A stretch of DNA of 64,000 bases from positions 25,343-89,342 of the forward strand of contig CAZCDH010000001.1 of NCBI GenBank assembly GCA_964497715.1. Direction: 5' to 3'. Positions 26,649 through 36,976 of the stretch are shown piece after piece. How positions within the stretch are numbered: the stretch's first letter is position 1; each line of letters begins with the position of its first letter. Origin of the DNA: Candidatus Woesearchaeota archaeon (GTDB lineage Archaea; Nanobdellota; Nanobdellia; SCGC-AAA011-G17; PNOQ01). The notes below the pieces were generated by a model that was given only the letters and a program-made list of their open reading frames with translations, did no database searches and was not told the origin of the DNA. The translations under genes were made by a program, and so were the position numbers.

Positions 26649-28061
26649 ATGTTAAGAACACACACATGTGGAGAATTAGATAAGACACTTGTTGATAAAG
26701 AAGTTACACTTTCTGGATGGGCAGATACTGTGAGAAATTATGGTAAACTTGCTTTTGTTGATCTGAGGGATAGATACGGAATTACACAAATCGTTCTTAG
26801 TGCTAAAGATATTCCAGATATTGACAAATTAAGAAATGAAGATATTCTAAAAATTACTGGAAAGGTTAAAAATAGATTAGATGGTAAGGAAAACAAAGAT
26901 ATCTCAACAGGAGATATTGAAGTTAAAGCAAGTTCTCTTAAGATTCTTAGCAAATCAAAAGATTTGCCTTTTGAAATAAATAAAGATATTGAAGTTGGAG
27001 AAGAATTAAGATTAAAGTACCGTTACTTGGATTTAAGAAAAAAAGATATGATGAGAAATATGAAAATGAGGCATGATACTATTCTATTCCTTAGAAATTT
27101 CTTGCATAAAGAAAAATTCTTAGAGATAACTACTCCGATGTTAACAAAATCTACTCCAGAAGGTGCAAGAGATTATGTTGTACCATCAAGATTACATAAG
27201 GGAAAGTTCTATGCCCTTCCTCAATCACCACAACAGTATAAACAATTATTAATGTGTGCTGGAGTCGACAAATATGTTCAGATGGCTCCTTGTTTTAGAG
27301 ATGAGGATGCAAGAGCACATAGAGCACCTGGAGAATTCTACCAAATGGATCTTGAGATGTCATTTGTTGAACAAGAGGATATTTTAGAACTTGTAGAAGG
27401 TTTGATGATAAAGATGGTAGAAAAACTTTATCCTGAAAAGAAGATTACAAAGGTCCCTTTCCCTCGGATAAAACATGCCGATGCAATTAAAAAATATAAG
27501 ACTGATAGTCCAGATATAAGAAAAAACAAAAAGGACGACAATGAATTAGGATTCTGTTGGATTGTTGATTTCCCATTATTTGAGAAACAAACAGAAGAAG
27601 ACTTTTTCCATGGTGCCGGAAAAGATTTGGCACCATCCCATCATATGTTTACTGCACCGAAAGAAGAAGATATTAAGTTATTAGACAAAACTCCTGGAAA
27701 AGCTAAGAGTTATCAACATGATATGGTCTTAAATGGTTTTGAAATTGGTGGAGGAAGTATAAGGATCCATGATCATGAACTACAAGAGAAAATATTTGAT
27801 CTTATAGGATTTACTAAGAAGCAAAAGAAAGAATTTAGCCATTTATTAGAAGCATTTTCATATGGAGTTCCACCTCATGGAGGAATTGCCATAGGATTAG
27901 ATAGGCTAATGATGATTTTACTTGGAAAAGATACAATAAGAGAAGTCATCGCATTTCCAAAAAATAAAGATGCTAGAGATCCTGTGATGGATGCGCCTGC
28001 AGATATAGAAGATTATCAATTAAAGGAATTAGGGATAAAACTAGATAAGAAAAATTTATAA
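26649..28061 (+). CDS. aspS: Aspartyl-tRNA synthetase, archaeal type. It is probably non-discriminating.
   Basis: It has an N-terminal OB anticodon-binding domain and the class II motifs (FRDE, QLDLEMSF, GGGSIRIHD, GLDRL). Confidence 0.85.
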   Translation: MLRTHTCGELDKTLVDKEVTLSGWADTVRNYGKLAFVDLRDRYGITQIVLSAKDIPDIDKLRNEDILKITGKVKNRLDGKENKDISTGDIEVKASSLKILSKSKDLPFEINKDIEVGEELRLKYRYLDLRKKDMMRNMKMRHDTILFLRNFLHKEKFLEITTPMLTKSTPEGARDYVVPSRLHKGKFYALPQSPQQYKQLLMCAGVDKYVQMAPCFRDEDARAHRAPGEFYQMDLEMSFVEQEDILELVEGLMIKMVEKLYPEKKITKVPFPRIKHADAIKKYKTDSPDIRKNKKDDNELGFCWIVDFPLFEKQTEEDFFHGAGKDLAPSHHMFTAPKEEDIKLLDKTPGKAKSYQHDMVLNGFEIGGGSIRIHDHELQEKIFDLIGFTKKQKKEFSHLLEAFSYGVPPHGGIAIGLDRLMMILLGKDTIREVIAFPKNKDARDPVMDAPADIEDYQLKELGIKLDKKNL

Positions 28062-28091
28062 GTGAACAGTTTCTCTAAAAATCTACAATGT

Positions 28092-28164
28092 GGCTCCGTA
28101 GCTTAGTAGGTGGAGCGTCCGGCTGTTAACCGGAAGGTCGGCAGTTCGAGTCTGCCCGGAGCCG
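28092..28164 (+). tRNA. tRNA-Asn (anticodon GUU).
   Basis: GGCTCCGTAGCTTAGTAGGTGGAGCGTCCGGCTGTTAACCGGAAGGTCGGCAGTTCGAGTCTGCCCGGAGCCG. The anticodon loop is CUGUUAA. Confidence 0.85.
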
Positions 28165-28190
28165 CTTTTTATTCATTCGTGGTGTAAATA

Positions 28191-28481
28191 ATGCCTAAAA
28201 TAGATCAAAACTTGATAAAAGATATTGCAAAATTAGCGAGATTAAATCTAACAAAAAAAGAGGTTTTGCAGTTTGAATCAGATTTTAAAGATGTTCTTAA
28301 ATATTTTGAAATTTTAAATGAATTAGATGTTAGTACTACTAAATCTTCATTCAGGCCTATTGAAGAAAATAATGTTACTCGTGAAGATAAAGTTGTAGAG
28401 TGTATAGATCAAAAAGATGCGTTAAAATTTTCTAAACAAACTAAGGAGGGTTTCTTTATAGGGCCAAGAACTGTAAAATGA
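28191..28481 (+). CDS. gatC: Asp/Glu-tRNA amidotransferase subunit C.
   Basis: 96 aa. It is in the position and of the size of gatC, and is coupled to gatA by an ATGA junction. Confidence 0.7.
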   Translation: MPKIDQNLIKDIAKLARLNLTKKEVLQFESDFKDVLKYFEILNELDVSTTKSSFRPIEENNVTREDKVVECIDQKDALKFSKQTKEGFFIGPRTVK

Positions 28482-29893
28482 TAGATAAACATGTTAAAGA
28501 AATTGTCAGTGGAAAAATAAAGTGTTTAGATTATACTAAAGATGCTCTAAAAAAAATCAAAGAAATTAACAAAGACAATCATTACCTTACTACTATGTGT
28601 GAAGATCTTGCAATTTATCAAGCTAAGGAACTAGATTCTAAAACTAAAAAAGGTAAATTAGCAGGAACAATTTTTACAATAAAAGATAATATTTGTGTTA
28701 AAGATGTTGAAAGTACTGCTAACTCTAAAATTCTTGAAGGATACAAACCTATTTTTGATGCAACTGTTATCGAGAGATTGAAAAAAGAGGGTGCAATAAT
28801 AGTTGGGAAAGATTCATGTGATGCTTTTGGTTTTGGAGGATTTAATGTTAATGTTGGTGTTGGGAAAGAGATCCCTAAGAATCCAGTAGATAGTGCTAGA
28901 ACCTGTGGAGGATCTAGTGGTGGTTCCGGAGGAATAACTAAGAAAGCAGATTTTGTTCATGTTGCTATTGGAGAGAGTACCGGAGGCTCTATTGAGTGCC
29001 CTTCAGCATTTTGTGGAGTAGTAGGATTTTGTCCAACTTATGGATTAGTTAGTAGATGGGGATTAATTTCATATGCAGATTCATTTGATAAAATAGGTGT
29101 TATGACTAAGACTGTTGAAGACAATGCAAGAGTTATGAGTGTTATTGCAGGTCATGACAATAAAGATGGAACTTCATTGAAAGTTGACAAAAAAGATTAT
29201 GTTAAATCTATGAAAGAAGATTCTAAAAAATTAAAAATTGCTATAATCAAAGACGGACTTTCTGAAGGAACTTCTCAAGAAGTGAAAGACTCATTTAATA
29301 ATATGGTTGAAACCTTAAAGAAGGATGGTTTTGAAATTGATGAGATTTCTTTACCTTTAACTTTCAAATATGGTGTAGCAACATATTATATTCTTGCTAC
29401 AAGTGAATCTTCCACCAATTTATCTAGATTCTCTGGGTTGAGATATGGTATTGAAGAAGATAAAAAGGGGAAATATTTTGATGATTATTTCTCAGAGATT
29501 AGAAGCAAAAATTTCAATACAGAAAGTAAAAGAAGAATCATGTTAGGAACATTTACTAGAATGGCAGGATTTAGAGATGCATATTACATCAGAGCAACTA
29601 AAGCTAGAACAAAAATCATAGAAGAGTATAAGAACCAATTTGAGAAATACGATTTATTGATTTCGCCCACAATGCCAATTGTTCCACCCAAATTTTCAGA
29701 TATTAAAAAAATGAGTGCATTAGAGGCTTACACTATGGACATTCTAACTGTTGGTCCAAACTTAGCAGGAATACCTCATGCTAGTATGCCAATCCATAAA
29801 GAAGGATTGCCTATTGGAATGATGGTAATGGCAGACCATTTACAAGAAGATAAAATTTACAGATTATTAAAAAGAATCGAGGAGCTAAAATGA
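28478..29893 (+). CDS. gatA: Asp/Glu-tRNA amidotransferase subunit A (amidase).
   Basis: It has the amidase signature GGSSGGSGG and a Ser-cisSer-Lys family core. Confidence 0.85.
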   Translation: MIDKHVKEIVSGKIKCLDYTKDALKKIKEINKDNHYLTTMCEDLAIYQAKELDSKTKKGKLAGTIFTIKDNICVKDVESTANSKILEGYKPIFDATVIERLKKEGAIIVGKDSCDAFGFGGFNVNVGVGKEIPKNPVDSARTCGGSSGGSGGITKKADFVHVAIGESTGGSIECPSAFCGVVGFCPTYGLVSRWGLISYADSFDKIGVMTKTVEDNARVMSVIAGHDNKDGTSLKVDKKDYVKSMKEDSKKLKIAIIKDGLSEGTSQEVKDSFNNMVETLKKDGFEIDEISLPLTFKYGVATYYILATSESSTNLSRFSGLRYGIEEDKKGKYFDDYFSEIRSKNFNTESKRRIMLGTFTRMAGFRDAYYIRATKARTKIIEEYKNQFEKYDLLISPTMPIVPPKFSDIKKMSALEAYTMDILTVGPNLAGIPHASMPIHKEGLPIGMMVMADHLQEDKIYRLLKRIEELK

Positions 29894-31302
29894 ACTTTAA
29901 ATCTGATGTAGTTATTGGATTAGAGATTCATGTAGAACTAGATACAAATACAAAATTGTTTTGTGGGTGCAGTACTAGTGGAAGCGATAAACCAAATACA
30001 AGAGTCTGCCCAATTTGCTTAGGACATCCTGGAGCAAGACCTGTATTGAATAAGAAAGCATTGGATTATGCAATTAAACTTTGCTTAGCTACCAATTCTA
30101 CACTAACTCCTGAAGTCATATTCTCTAGAAAAAGTTATTTCTATCCAGATATGTCAAAAAACTTTCAGATTAGCCAGTATGAAGAACCTTTATCTGTTGG
30201 AGGATCAATTGAATTAGAAAGTGGGGAAAAAATTAATCTGACAAGAATTCACATTGAAGAAGATCCTGCTTCAATAACTTATCCAAAATCTGCTAAGACT
30301 TCAGATTACAGTTTAATAGATTATAATAGGTCTGGAAACCCCTTAGTTGAAATTGTTACAGAACCTGAATTAACAACTCCTGACGAAGCGAGAGAATTTC
30401 TAAATAAATTAATAAGTGTTTTGAATTATTTGAAAATCTTTGATATGAAATCAGGAATAATAAAAGCAGATGCTAATATTTCTATAAAAGGAAGCGGATA
30501 TAGGAGAGTTGAAGTAAAAAATATTACAGGATTCAAAGATATAGAAAGAGCATTAGGATATGAGATTGTAAGGCAGAAAGAGCTTGTTGAAAAAAATAAA
30601 GAAATTGTAATTGAGACTAGAGGATGGGATGCTAAAGACAGAGAGACTTATTCTTTAAGAAAAAAAGAAACAGAAGAAGGATATGGATATATTATTGAGC
30701 CAGATCTTGTTAAGATAGATGTTAATGAGGAATTAATTGGAATTTTGAAAAAAGAGATTCCGGAACTTGCACATAAAAAAGCTAAAAGATTCATTAAAGA
30801 GTACAAAATCGATAAGGTTGATGCCAAAGTTATGGCAATGGAGCTTGAACTTGGGGAACTATTTGAAAAAGTTGTTAAAGAAATCGATCCAGTATTAGCA
30901 GGTAGATGGTTGAGAAAAGAATTGCTGAGAGTTTTGAATTATAATAAGAAAACCCTTCAAGATATTAAAATTGATGAATCTCATATCATTGAATTATTGA
31001 GCCTTATTGAAACAAAGACTATTACTGAAGCAACTGGTAAAAAGATTATTGAAATGTTAATAGACAAGCCATTCTCTCCAAAAGATTATGTTAAAAAGAA
31101 TAAACTTGCACAGATTACTTCTGAAATTGAGTTAGAAGATATCTGTAAGAAGATTGTTTCCCAGAATGAAAAAGCGGTAGAAGATTACAAGGGCGGAGAA
31201 GAAAAATCATTTAATTTCTTAGTTGGAATGGTTATGAGAGAGACTAAGGGAAAGGCAAATCCGGTCATAGTTAAAGATGCTATGAAACGAATTTTAGATT
31301 AA
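29890..31302 (+). CDS. gatB: Asp/Glu-tRNA amidotransferase subunit B.
   Basis: The N-terminus is VIGLEIHVELDTNTKLFCGCS. It has a GatB/YqeY C-terminal domain. Confidence 0.85.
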   Translation: MNFKSDVVIGLEIHVELDTNTKLFCGCSTSGSDKPNTRVCPICLGHPGARPVLNKKALDYAIKLCLATNSTLTPEVIFSRKSYFYPDMSKNFQISQYEEPLSVGGSIELESGEKINLTRIHIEEDPASITYPKSAKTSDYSLIDYNRSGNPLVEIVTEPELTTPDEAREFLNKLISVLNYLKIFDMKSGIIKADANISIKGSGYRRVEVKNITGFKDIERALGYEIVRQKELVEKNKEIVIETRGWDAKDRETYSLRKKETEEGYGYIIEPDLVKIDVNEELIGILKKEIPELAHKKAKRFIKEYKIDKVDAKVMAMELELGELFEKVVKEIDPVLAGRWLRKELLRVLNYNKKTLQDIKIDESHIIELLSLIETKTITEATGKKIIEMLIDKPFSPKDYVKKNKLAQITSEIELEDICKKIVSQNEKAVEDYKGGEEKSFNFLVGMVMRETKGKANPVIVKDAMKRILD

Positions 31303-31353
31303 TTTTGTATAAAAGATAACTTTTTAAACCTCTTATTTTAGATTTATTTTACA

Positions 31354-32337
31354 ATGAAAAATATACTTATCCTTGCAACTGGAGGCACTATAGCTTCTGT
31401 AAAAACAGACGAAGGACTTAGACCTGCTTACAAACCTCAAGAAATGATTGATTTGATCCCTGAGCTTAAAGATATAGCTAACTTAGAGGGAAAACTAATT
31501 ATGAATATAGATTCTTCAGACATGGTTCCTGAGAGATGGATTGAGATTGCAGATTCTATTGATAAAGATAAGGATTCTTATGATGGTATTGTTGTTCTTC
31601 ATGGAACTGATACTATGTCATATACTTCTTCAGCACTTTCTTTAATGTTGAGAGGTATTGATAAACCTGTTGTAATAACTGGTGCAATGAAAGGTATTGG
31701 AGAAGAAGGTAGTGATGCTATTGGAAATATGATTAATGCAGTTAAATTTGCAACTGAAGAATATAAAGGAGTTTATTGCGTGTTTGATAGTAAGGTGTAC
31801 CAAGGTAGTAGAATCTCTAAAGTTAATCCTAGTAGCGTAAATGCTTTTGAAAATATTAACTCTTCACTTGTTGGAGAATTTAAAAAAGGAGAATTCAATA
31901 AAGATTCAGATTATAATTCTTCTCTTGAAGATCTTGTTTATGAAAAAGATACTAAAATAAGTGATAAAGTCTATTATATGTATCTAACTCCTGGTATGAA
32001 AACTGAGGTAATTGATAAAGTTCTTGAATTAGGATATAAAGGGATTGTTATTGGAGGATATGGTGACGGAAACTTCCCCCTAAGATTCTTAGACAAATTT
32101 GAAGAAGTTCTCGATAAGAATATTCCTTTGGTTCTTGGATCACAATGTCTTAAAGGCAAAGTTGATGCAGCTTATGAAGCAGGATTTAAACTTATGAAAA
32201 AAGGAGCCATCTCTGCAAAAGATATGACAAATGAAATGGCTGTAACAAAACTTATGTATGCTATTGGACACTCAGATAATCTAGAAAAAATCAAAGAGAT
32301 TATGAGCGAGAATTATGCGAATGAGATTTCAGAATAA
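31354..32337 (+). CDS. L-asparaginase, type I (cytoplasmic).
   Basis: The N-terminus is ILATGGTIAS. It has HGTDTMSYTSSAL and no GatD-type N-terminal extension. Confidence 0.7.
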   Translation: MKNILILATGGTIASVKTDEGLRPAYKPQEMIDLIPELKDIANLEGKLIMNIDSSDMVPERWIEIADSIDKDKDSYDGIVVLHGTDTMSYTSSALSLMLRGIDKPVVITGAMKGIGEEGSDAIGNMINAVKFATEEYKGVYCVFDSKVYQGSRISKVNPSSVNAFENINSSLVGEFKKGEFNKDSDYNSSLEDLVYEKDTKISDKVYYMYLTPGMKTEVIDKVLELGYKGIVIGGYGDGNFPLRFLDKFEEVLDKNIPLVLGSQCLKGKVDAAYEAGFKLMKKGAISAKDMTNEMAVTKLMYAIGHSDNLEKIKEIMSENYANEISE

Positions 32338-33459
32338 GTTGAATAACTGATATAATATTCCTAGTGCGAAGATTACAATTAATATTGCACCAATCAGAGT
32401 TTTCTTACCTAAGTTATATTCTGGAACTCTTAATTTCATTTTTCTTGCTTTCCAGAACATCAATACCACTAGAATTCCATCTATTCCTCCAGCAAATGCC
32501 CCAGTTATCCCTATGATGTTTATGAAGCTTTTTGCACCACTTAAAAAAATAAGTAATGGGATAGTCATAGTTAAAACCCATGCAATAGTTTTCTGAATTT
32601 TAAAATCAAAATGATAGATTTCTTTCATTGCTAAGGCTAAAGTTAATGCTGAAGTAAACATTGCAAACGCTGCGAATAAGTTCCCAAAAATAATCATTTC
32701 TTTTCCTAGGGCTTGCCCTAAACCAATTGTTGCTATTTCTGTAGTATTTGCTCCAGTTATCCCAATAGTTATTGCTGCAAAAAGTACATATGCTGCTAAG
32801 GGAATTAAAGAACCTATAATGACTGCTTTCTTTAGCTTATGTTTTTGATATATTAAACATTCTTTCATCTCAGGAACAGCTACTCCTCCAACAAATGCAA
32901 ATAAGACTACTCCATATGGAATTGCTAATTTCATTAAATTAAATTCTGCAAGATTTCCTATATTGAAATTACCCTTTAGTATTGCGAAAATTCCCATTAC
33001 TACTATCAAGACTAATACACTAGAAGCAAAGATTAATTCAGATTTTGTTATTGCTTTCAGTCCTATAAACACCAATATTGAAACTATTGCAAAGAACATC
33101 AAAGAAAACATCAGAGGAGATCCTCCAAAAATTGCAGATAGTGCCTTGCCCTCCCCTATTATATATGCAATTAGTGCACCATAGATTCCAAAGATTAAAG
33201 AAAACATCATTAATGATTTTCCCCATTTTCCTAAGTAAATTTTAGCATAACCTGGAAGTTGATGATTTCCTGGAGTTCGGAGAACTATCTCTCCAATGAA
33301 TAAATTTAACATCATTACTGCCAAACCTAATATGATTATATCTAGAACTCCTGTCAGAAATCCTGCTTTTTGAAACACATAAGGCAATCCCAAAACTCCT
33401 GCACCAATAACCGTCCCGCACAAAGTTGCTATCGCCTTTGGAAAACATTTATCTATCAT
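32329..33459 (-). CDS. Amino acid permease (APC/HAAAP-like, 11 TM helices).
   Basis: The N-terminus LCGTVIGAGVLGLPYVF is typical of aromatic/hydroxy amino acid permeases. Confidence 0.5.
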   Translation of the reverse strand: MIDKCFPKAIATLCGTVIGAGVLGLPYVFQKAGFLTGVLDIIILGLAVMMLNLFIGEIVLRTPGNHQLPGYAKIYLGKWGKSLMMFSLIFGIYGALIAYIIGEGKALSAIFGGSPLMFSLMFFAIVSILVFIGLKAITKSELIFASSVLVLIVVMGIFAILKGNFNIGNLAEFNLMKLAIPYGVVLFAFVGGVAVPEMKECLIYQKHKLKKAVIIGSLIPLAAYVLFAAITIGITGANTTEIATIGLGQALGKEMIIFGNLFAAFAMFTSALTLALAMKEIYHFDFKIQKTIAWVLTMTIPLLIFLSGAKSFINIIGITGAFAGGIDGILVVLMFWKARKMKLRVPEYNLGKKTLIGAILIVIFALGILYQLFNLF

Positions 33460-33483
33460 ATTCAGTAAATTGGAAATTTTTCT

Positions 33484-36081
33484 TTATATTGTTTTTGGTA
33501 AAAAGAATTTTCTTATTTCCATTATTCCTACTCCTATAAATGCTACTCCAAATATCTTTACCCAATCAGATAGTCCGAGTGGAACTAGTTTGAAGATTAT
33601 TGCAAGAGGAGAATATATCACTAACAATTGTAGTAAAAAGGATATTGCCACTGCTCCAATCAGATATTTATTTGTTAAAATTCCTACTTGAAAGATATTC
33701 TTTGTTTCTGATCTACAACTAAATACTAACAATAATTCGAAAATTACTGCAGTAGTTAAGGCAATAGTTCTTGCTTTATCTAGATCTCCAGTTTGTAAGT
33801 ACTCTAATGAAAATAAACTTAAAGTTGCTATTGCACCTAAAATTCCTGCTAAGATCAAGAAAGTTTTTGTCCCATTTAGTATCCCTTCTTTTGGATTTCT
33901 TGGTTTCCTGCTCATTATTCCATCCTCACTAGGATCTACTCCCAAAGCTAGTGCAGGTAAACTGTCAGTTACTAAATTTATCCACAATATTTGTAAGGGT
34001 AGCAAAGGTAATGGGAATGAAGATAATAATGAGAAAAAGATTATTAATACTTCTCCCAAATTTGCAGAGAGTAAATATTTAATGAATTTTTTTATGTTGT
34101 CAAATATAGTCCTTCCCTCTTTTACTGCATCAACTATTGTTGCAAAATTATCATCCAATAATATTATATCTGATGTCTCTCTTGTAACATCTGTACCTGA
34201 TTTACCCATTGCAATTCCAACATCTGCTTTCTTTAGTGCAGGAGCGTCATTTATCCCATCTCCAGTCATTGCAACTATCTCACCATTATGTTGTAAGGCT
34301 TCAAGAATTCTAACTTTGTGTTCAGGATTTACTCTTGCAAATATCCCTATATCTTTAATTTTCTTTGCTAATTGTTCTTTTGATAACTTATCCAGATCTT
34401 TCCCTTCCAGACTAGTAGTGTTTAAATTTAATTGTTTTGCAACAGCTTCGGCAGTTATCCTATTGTCTCCTGTAATCATAATTACTCTTATCCCTGCTTT
34501 CTTACATAATTTCAATGCACCCTTTACTTCATCTCTAGGTAGGTCCTCTATACCAACTAAACCTAAAAATACCATATCTTTTTGACTTTTTGATTTTGAA
34601 TATGCTAATCCTAAAACTCTTAGTGCAGATTTTGCGAATTCTTCATGTTTTGCCAATATATTTTTCTTATCTCTTTCACTTAGAAGTTTTATTCCGCCCC
34701 TATCATAGATATATTTACATTTATCTAGAACTATTTCCGGTGCACCTTTCATATGAGTATAGGTCTTGCTTCCTGACCGATCTATAGTAGCCATATATTT
34801 CTTCGAAGAATCAAAAGGGATTTCATCTACCCTTCTAAACTCTGAGTTGATTTCGGCCTTTTTTGCCGCTACTAAAAATGATATTTCTGTTGGATCTCCA
34901 ATAAAATTCTTGTTCTTTAACTGTGAATCATTACAAAGCATCCCAGTTTCTAATAATTTGTTTATCTCTTTTTTATTTAATTCATTTCTGTTATACAAGA
35001 ATTTTCCTTCAGTCTTATATCCTGAACCGGTTACAGTTATTACCTTTTTATTTGCATATATTTTAGTTATTGTCATCTCTCCACTAGTCATTGTACCTGT
35101 TTTATCTGAACAGATTACTGTAGTTGCACCAAGGGTTTCTACTGCTGCTAACCTTCGTACTAATGCTTTGTCTTTGATCATACGTTGGATTCCTAATGAT
35201 AAACATATTGTGATTACTGCAGGCAATCCTTCAGGTATTGCCGAGACTGCTAAACTTAAAGAAGTCATGAATATCTCCGAGAGAGACATCTCTTTTATCA
35301 ATCCTAAAACTAAAACTATAAATATAACTCCCAAAACTATCATGCCTAAATTTTTTCCAAATCTTGACATTTTCTTTTTTATTGGAGTATCTTCTTCATT
35401 TATTGATTCTAATTCATGCGCTATTTTTCCAAACTCTGTCCTATAACCTGTTCCAGATACAACTGCCTTACCTCTACCATAAGAGACTATAGTTCCAGAA
35501 AAAACCATATTTGATTGATCTGCTATCTGAAGATCTTTATCTAATTGTTTGACTGATTTTTCGACAGCTCTTGATTCTCCAGTTAAAACTGATTCATTTA
35601 CTTTTAATGAGAAGGATTCTATTATTCTTGCATCTGCAGGTATCTTATCACCAGTTTCTAAAATTATTATATCTCCTGGTACTAATCGATTTGAAGGTAT
35701 AGATTTTATTATCCCTCCCCTTACAACTTTAGCATTTGGAACCTCTAATTTCTTTAGAGAGAGTAATGATTTTTCTGATTTAAACTCTTGATAAAATCCA
35801 AATAGTGTGTTTAGTATGATAATGATAGAAATCACTGCGGCATCTATGAAACTTTTTAGAAAAAGTGAAACTAATATTGCAATTAATAGTATATATATTA
35901 ATGGATTTTTTATTTGATCTAGGATTAGTCCTAATTTTGATATCCCTTTTGTTGTTTTTATCTCATTTTTTCCATAGTGTACAAGTCTTTCTTTTGATTC
36001 TTGTTGTGAAATCCCATTAGGTTTAGAATTTAGTAAAGTTATTGATTGATTCACCGATTTTTTAGAATAATTGACCCTCAT
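33484..36081 (-). CDS. P-type cation-transporting ATPase (P2-type, Ca2+/cation).
   Basis: It has the phosphorylation motif ICSDKTGTMT, TGES, MTGDGINDAPAL and about 10 TM helices. Confidence 0.85.
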   Translation of the reverse strand: MRVNYSKKSVNQSITLLNSKPNGISQQESKERLVHYGKNEIKTTKGISKLGLILDQIKNPLIYILLIAILVSLFLKSFIDAAVISIIIILNTLFGFYQEFKSEKSLLSLKKLEVPNAKVVRGGIIKSIPSNRLVPGDIIILETGDKIPADARIIESFSLKVNESVLTGESRAVEKSVKQLDKDLQIADQSNMVFSGTIVSYGRGKAVVSGTGYRTEFGKIAHELESINEEDTPIKKKMSRFGKNLGMIVLGVIFIVLVLGLIKEMSLSEIFMTSLSLAVSAIPEGLPAVITICLSLGIQRMIKDKALVRRLAAVETLGATTVICSDKTGTMTSGEMTITKIYANKKVITVTGSGYKTEGKFLYNRNELNKKEINKLLETGMLCNDSQLKNKNFIGDPTEISFLVAAKKAEINSEFRRVDEIPFDSSKKYMATIDRSGSKTYTHMKGAPEIVLDKCKYIYDRGGIKLLSERDKKNILAKHEEFAKSALRVLGLAYSKSKSQKDMVFLGLVGIEDLPRDEVKGALKLCKKAGIRVIMITGDNRITAEAVAKQLNLNTTSLEGKDLDKLSKEQLAKKIKDIGIFARVNPEHKVRILEALQHNGEIVAMTGDGINDAPALKKADVGIAMGKSGTDVTRETSDIILLDDNFATIVDAVKEGRTIFDNIKKFIKYLLSANLGEVLIIFFSLLSSFPLPLLPLQILWINLVTDSLPALALGVDPSEDGIMSRKPRNPKEGILNGTKTFLILAGILGAIATLSLFSLEYLQTGDLDKARTIALTTAVIFELLLVFSCRSETKNIFQVGILTNKYLIGAVAISFLLQLLVIYSPLAIIFKLVPLGLSDWVKIFGVAFIGVGIMEIRKFFLPKTI

Positions 36082-36158
36082 ATTATTTTTTATTTCTTTA
36101 GGTTTATATCTTTTTTGGAATTGGTAAGCTTTAAATAGTAAATTTGTTTAGTTTCTTC

Positions 36159-36232
36159 GGGCCTGTAGCATAATCTGGATAGTGCGGTCGGCTTCGGACC
36201 GATTGGTCGGGGTTCAAATCCCCGCAGGCTCA
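36159..36232 (+). tRNA. tRNA-Arg (anticodon UCG).
   Basis: GGGCCTGTAGCATAATCTGGATAGTGCGGTCGGCTTCGGACCGATTGGTCGGGGTTCAAATCCCCGCAGGCTCA. The anticodon loop is CUUCGGA. Confidence 0.75.
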
Positions 36233-36239
36233 TTAAACG

Positions 36240-36557
36240 ATGGAATATAAATTTGATTCGAGATATGGAAACATTATGATAGATTATTGTACGCCTAGTG
36301 AAGTGAAATTATGGCTAGAATCTTTTGAAAAGGTTATACCTCATAGTTCTCCACTTTCTGAAATAGAAGAGAAAATCAACAATATTGAGAATATTACTAC
36401 TTCAGAATCTTTTAACTTTAGTAGAACAGAAAGAGTTTATTTTGATAAAGATTCTATTCTTTATGTAGCAAATGTCAGTTTAAATTCTAGAGGAAGTTAT
36501 TATCCAATATTGAGAGACCATTTTAGTTTAGCTAAAAAATTAGTTGAAAATCATTGA
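36240..36557 (+). CDS. Hypothetical protein (105 aa).
   Basis: ORF only. Confidence 0.3.
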   Translation: MEYKFDSRYGNIMIDYCTPSEVKLWLESFEKVIPHSSPLSEIEEKINNIENITTSESFNFSRTERVYFDKDSILYVANVSLNSRGSYYPILRDHFSLAKKLVENH

Positions 36558-36976
36558 TTTTTCTTGTAATCTTCTACTGCTTTCTTAAATGCTTGATCTG
36601 CCAAAACTGAACAATGGAATTTTCTTGCAGGTAGACCGCCAAGTTGCTCTGTGATATCTTTCGCAGTTATTTTTAGTGCAGTTTCTATTTTTAGTCCGAT
36701 TACCATAGTTGAAAACATAGAAGTTGCTGCAATTGCAGATGCACATCCGAAGGTTTGATATTTACACTCTTTTATTTTGTTATCTTTCACTTTTATCCAG
36801 ATTTTCATAACATCTCCGCAAGCCGGAGAGCCTACCTCTCCTTCCCCATCTGCAGTTTTAGAATATTTCTCTGATTCTGCTTTTGTTTTTAATATATTTC
36901 TTGGATTAAAGAAATGATCTTTTACTCTTTCTGAATAAAACCATTCTTTTCCAGTCTTTGATTTTACATCGCTCAT
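36551..36976 (-). CDS. iscU: Fe-S cluster assembly scaffold IscU/NifU.
   Basis: It has GSPACGDVMKIWIKV, YQTFGCASAIAATS and the HCSVLA motifs. Confidence 0.85.
   Translation of the reverse strand: MSDVKSKTGKEWFYSERVKDHFFNPRNILKTKAESEKYSKTADGEGEVGSPACGDVMKIWIKVKDNKIKECKYQTFGCASAIAATSMFSTMVIGLKIETALKITAKDITEQLGGLPARKFHCSVLADQAFKKAVEDYKKNQ

Noticed and set aside
34082-35446. Plus-strand ORFs (167 aa, 226 aa and others) inside the P-type ATPase gene. Similar antisense ORFs exist elsewhere in the track: 1463-1705, 1828-2085, 7442-7972, 22261-22509, 52333-52671, 53500-53742, 57419-58255, 59081-59431, 60256-60660 and 62797-63714.
   Set aside because: They lie entirely antisense to, or nested within, well-supported genes. 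They have Ser/Phe/Leu/Ile-rich low-complexity compositions typical of AT-rich antisense frames and no RBS. They are judged spurious.
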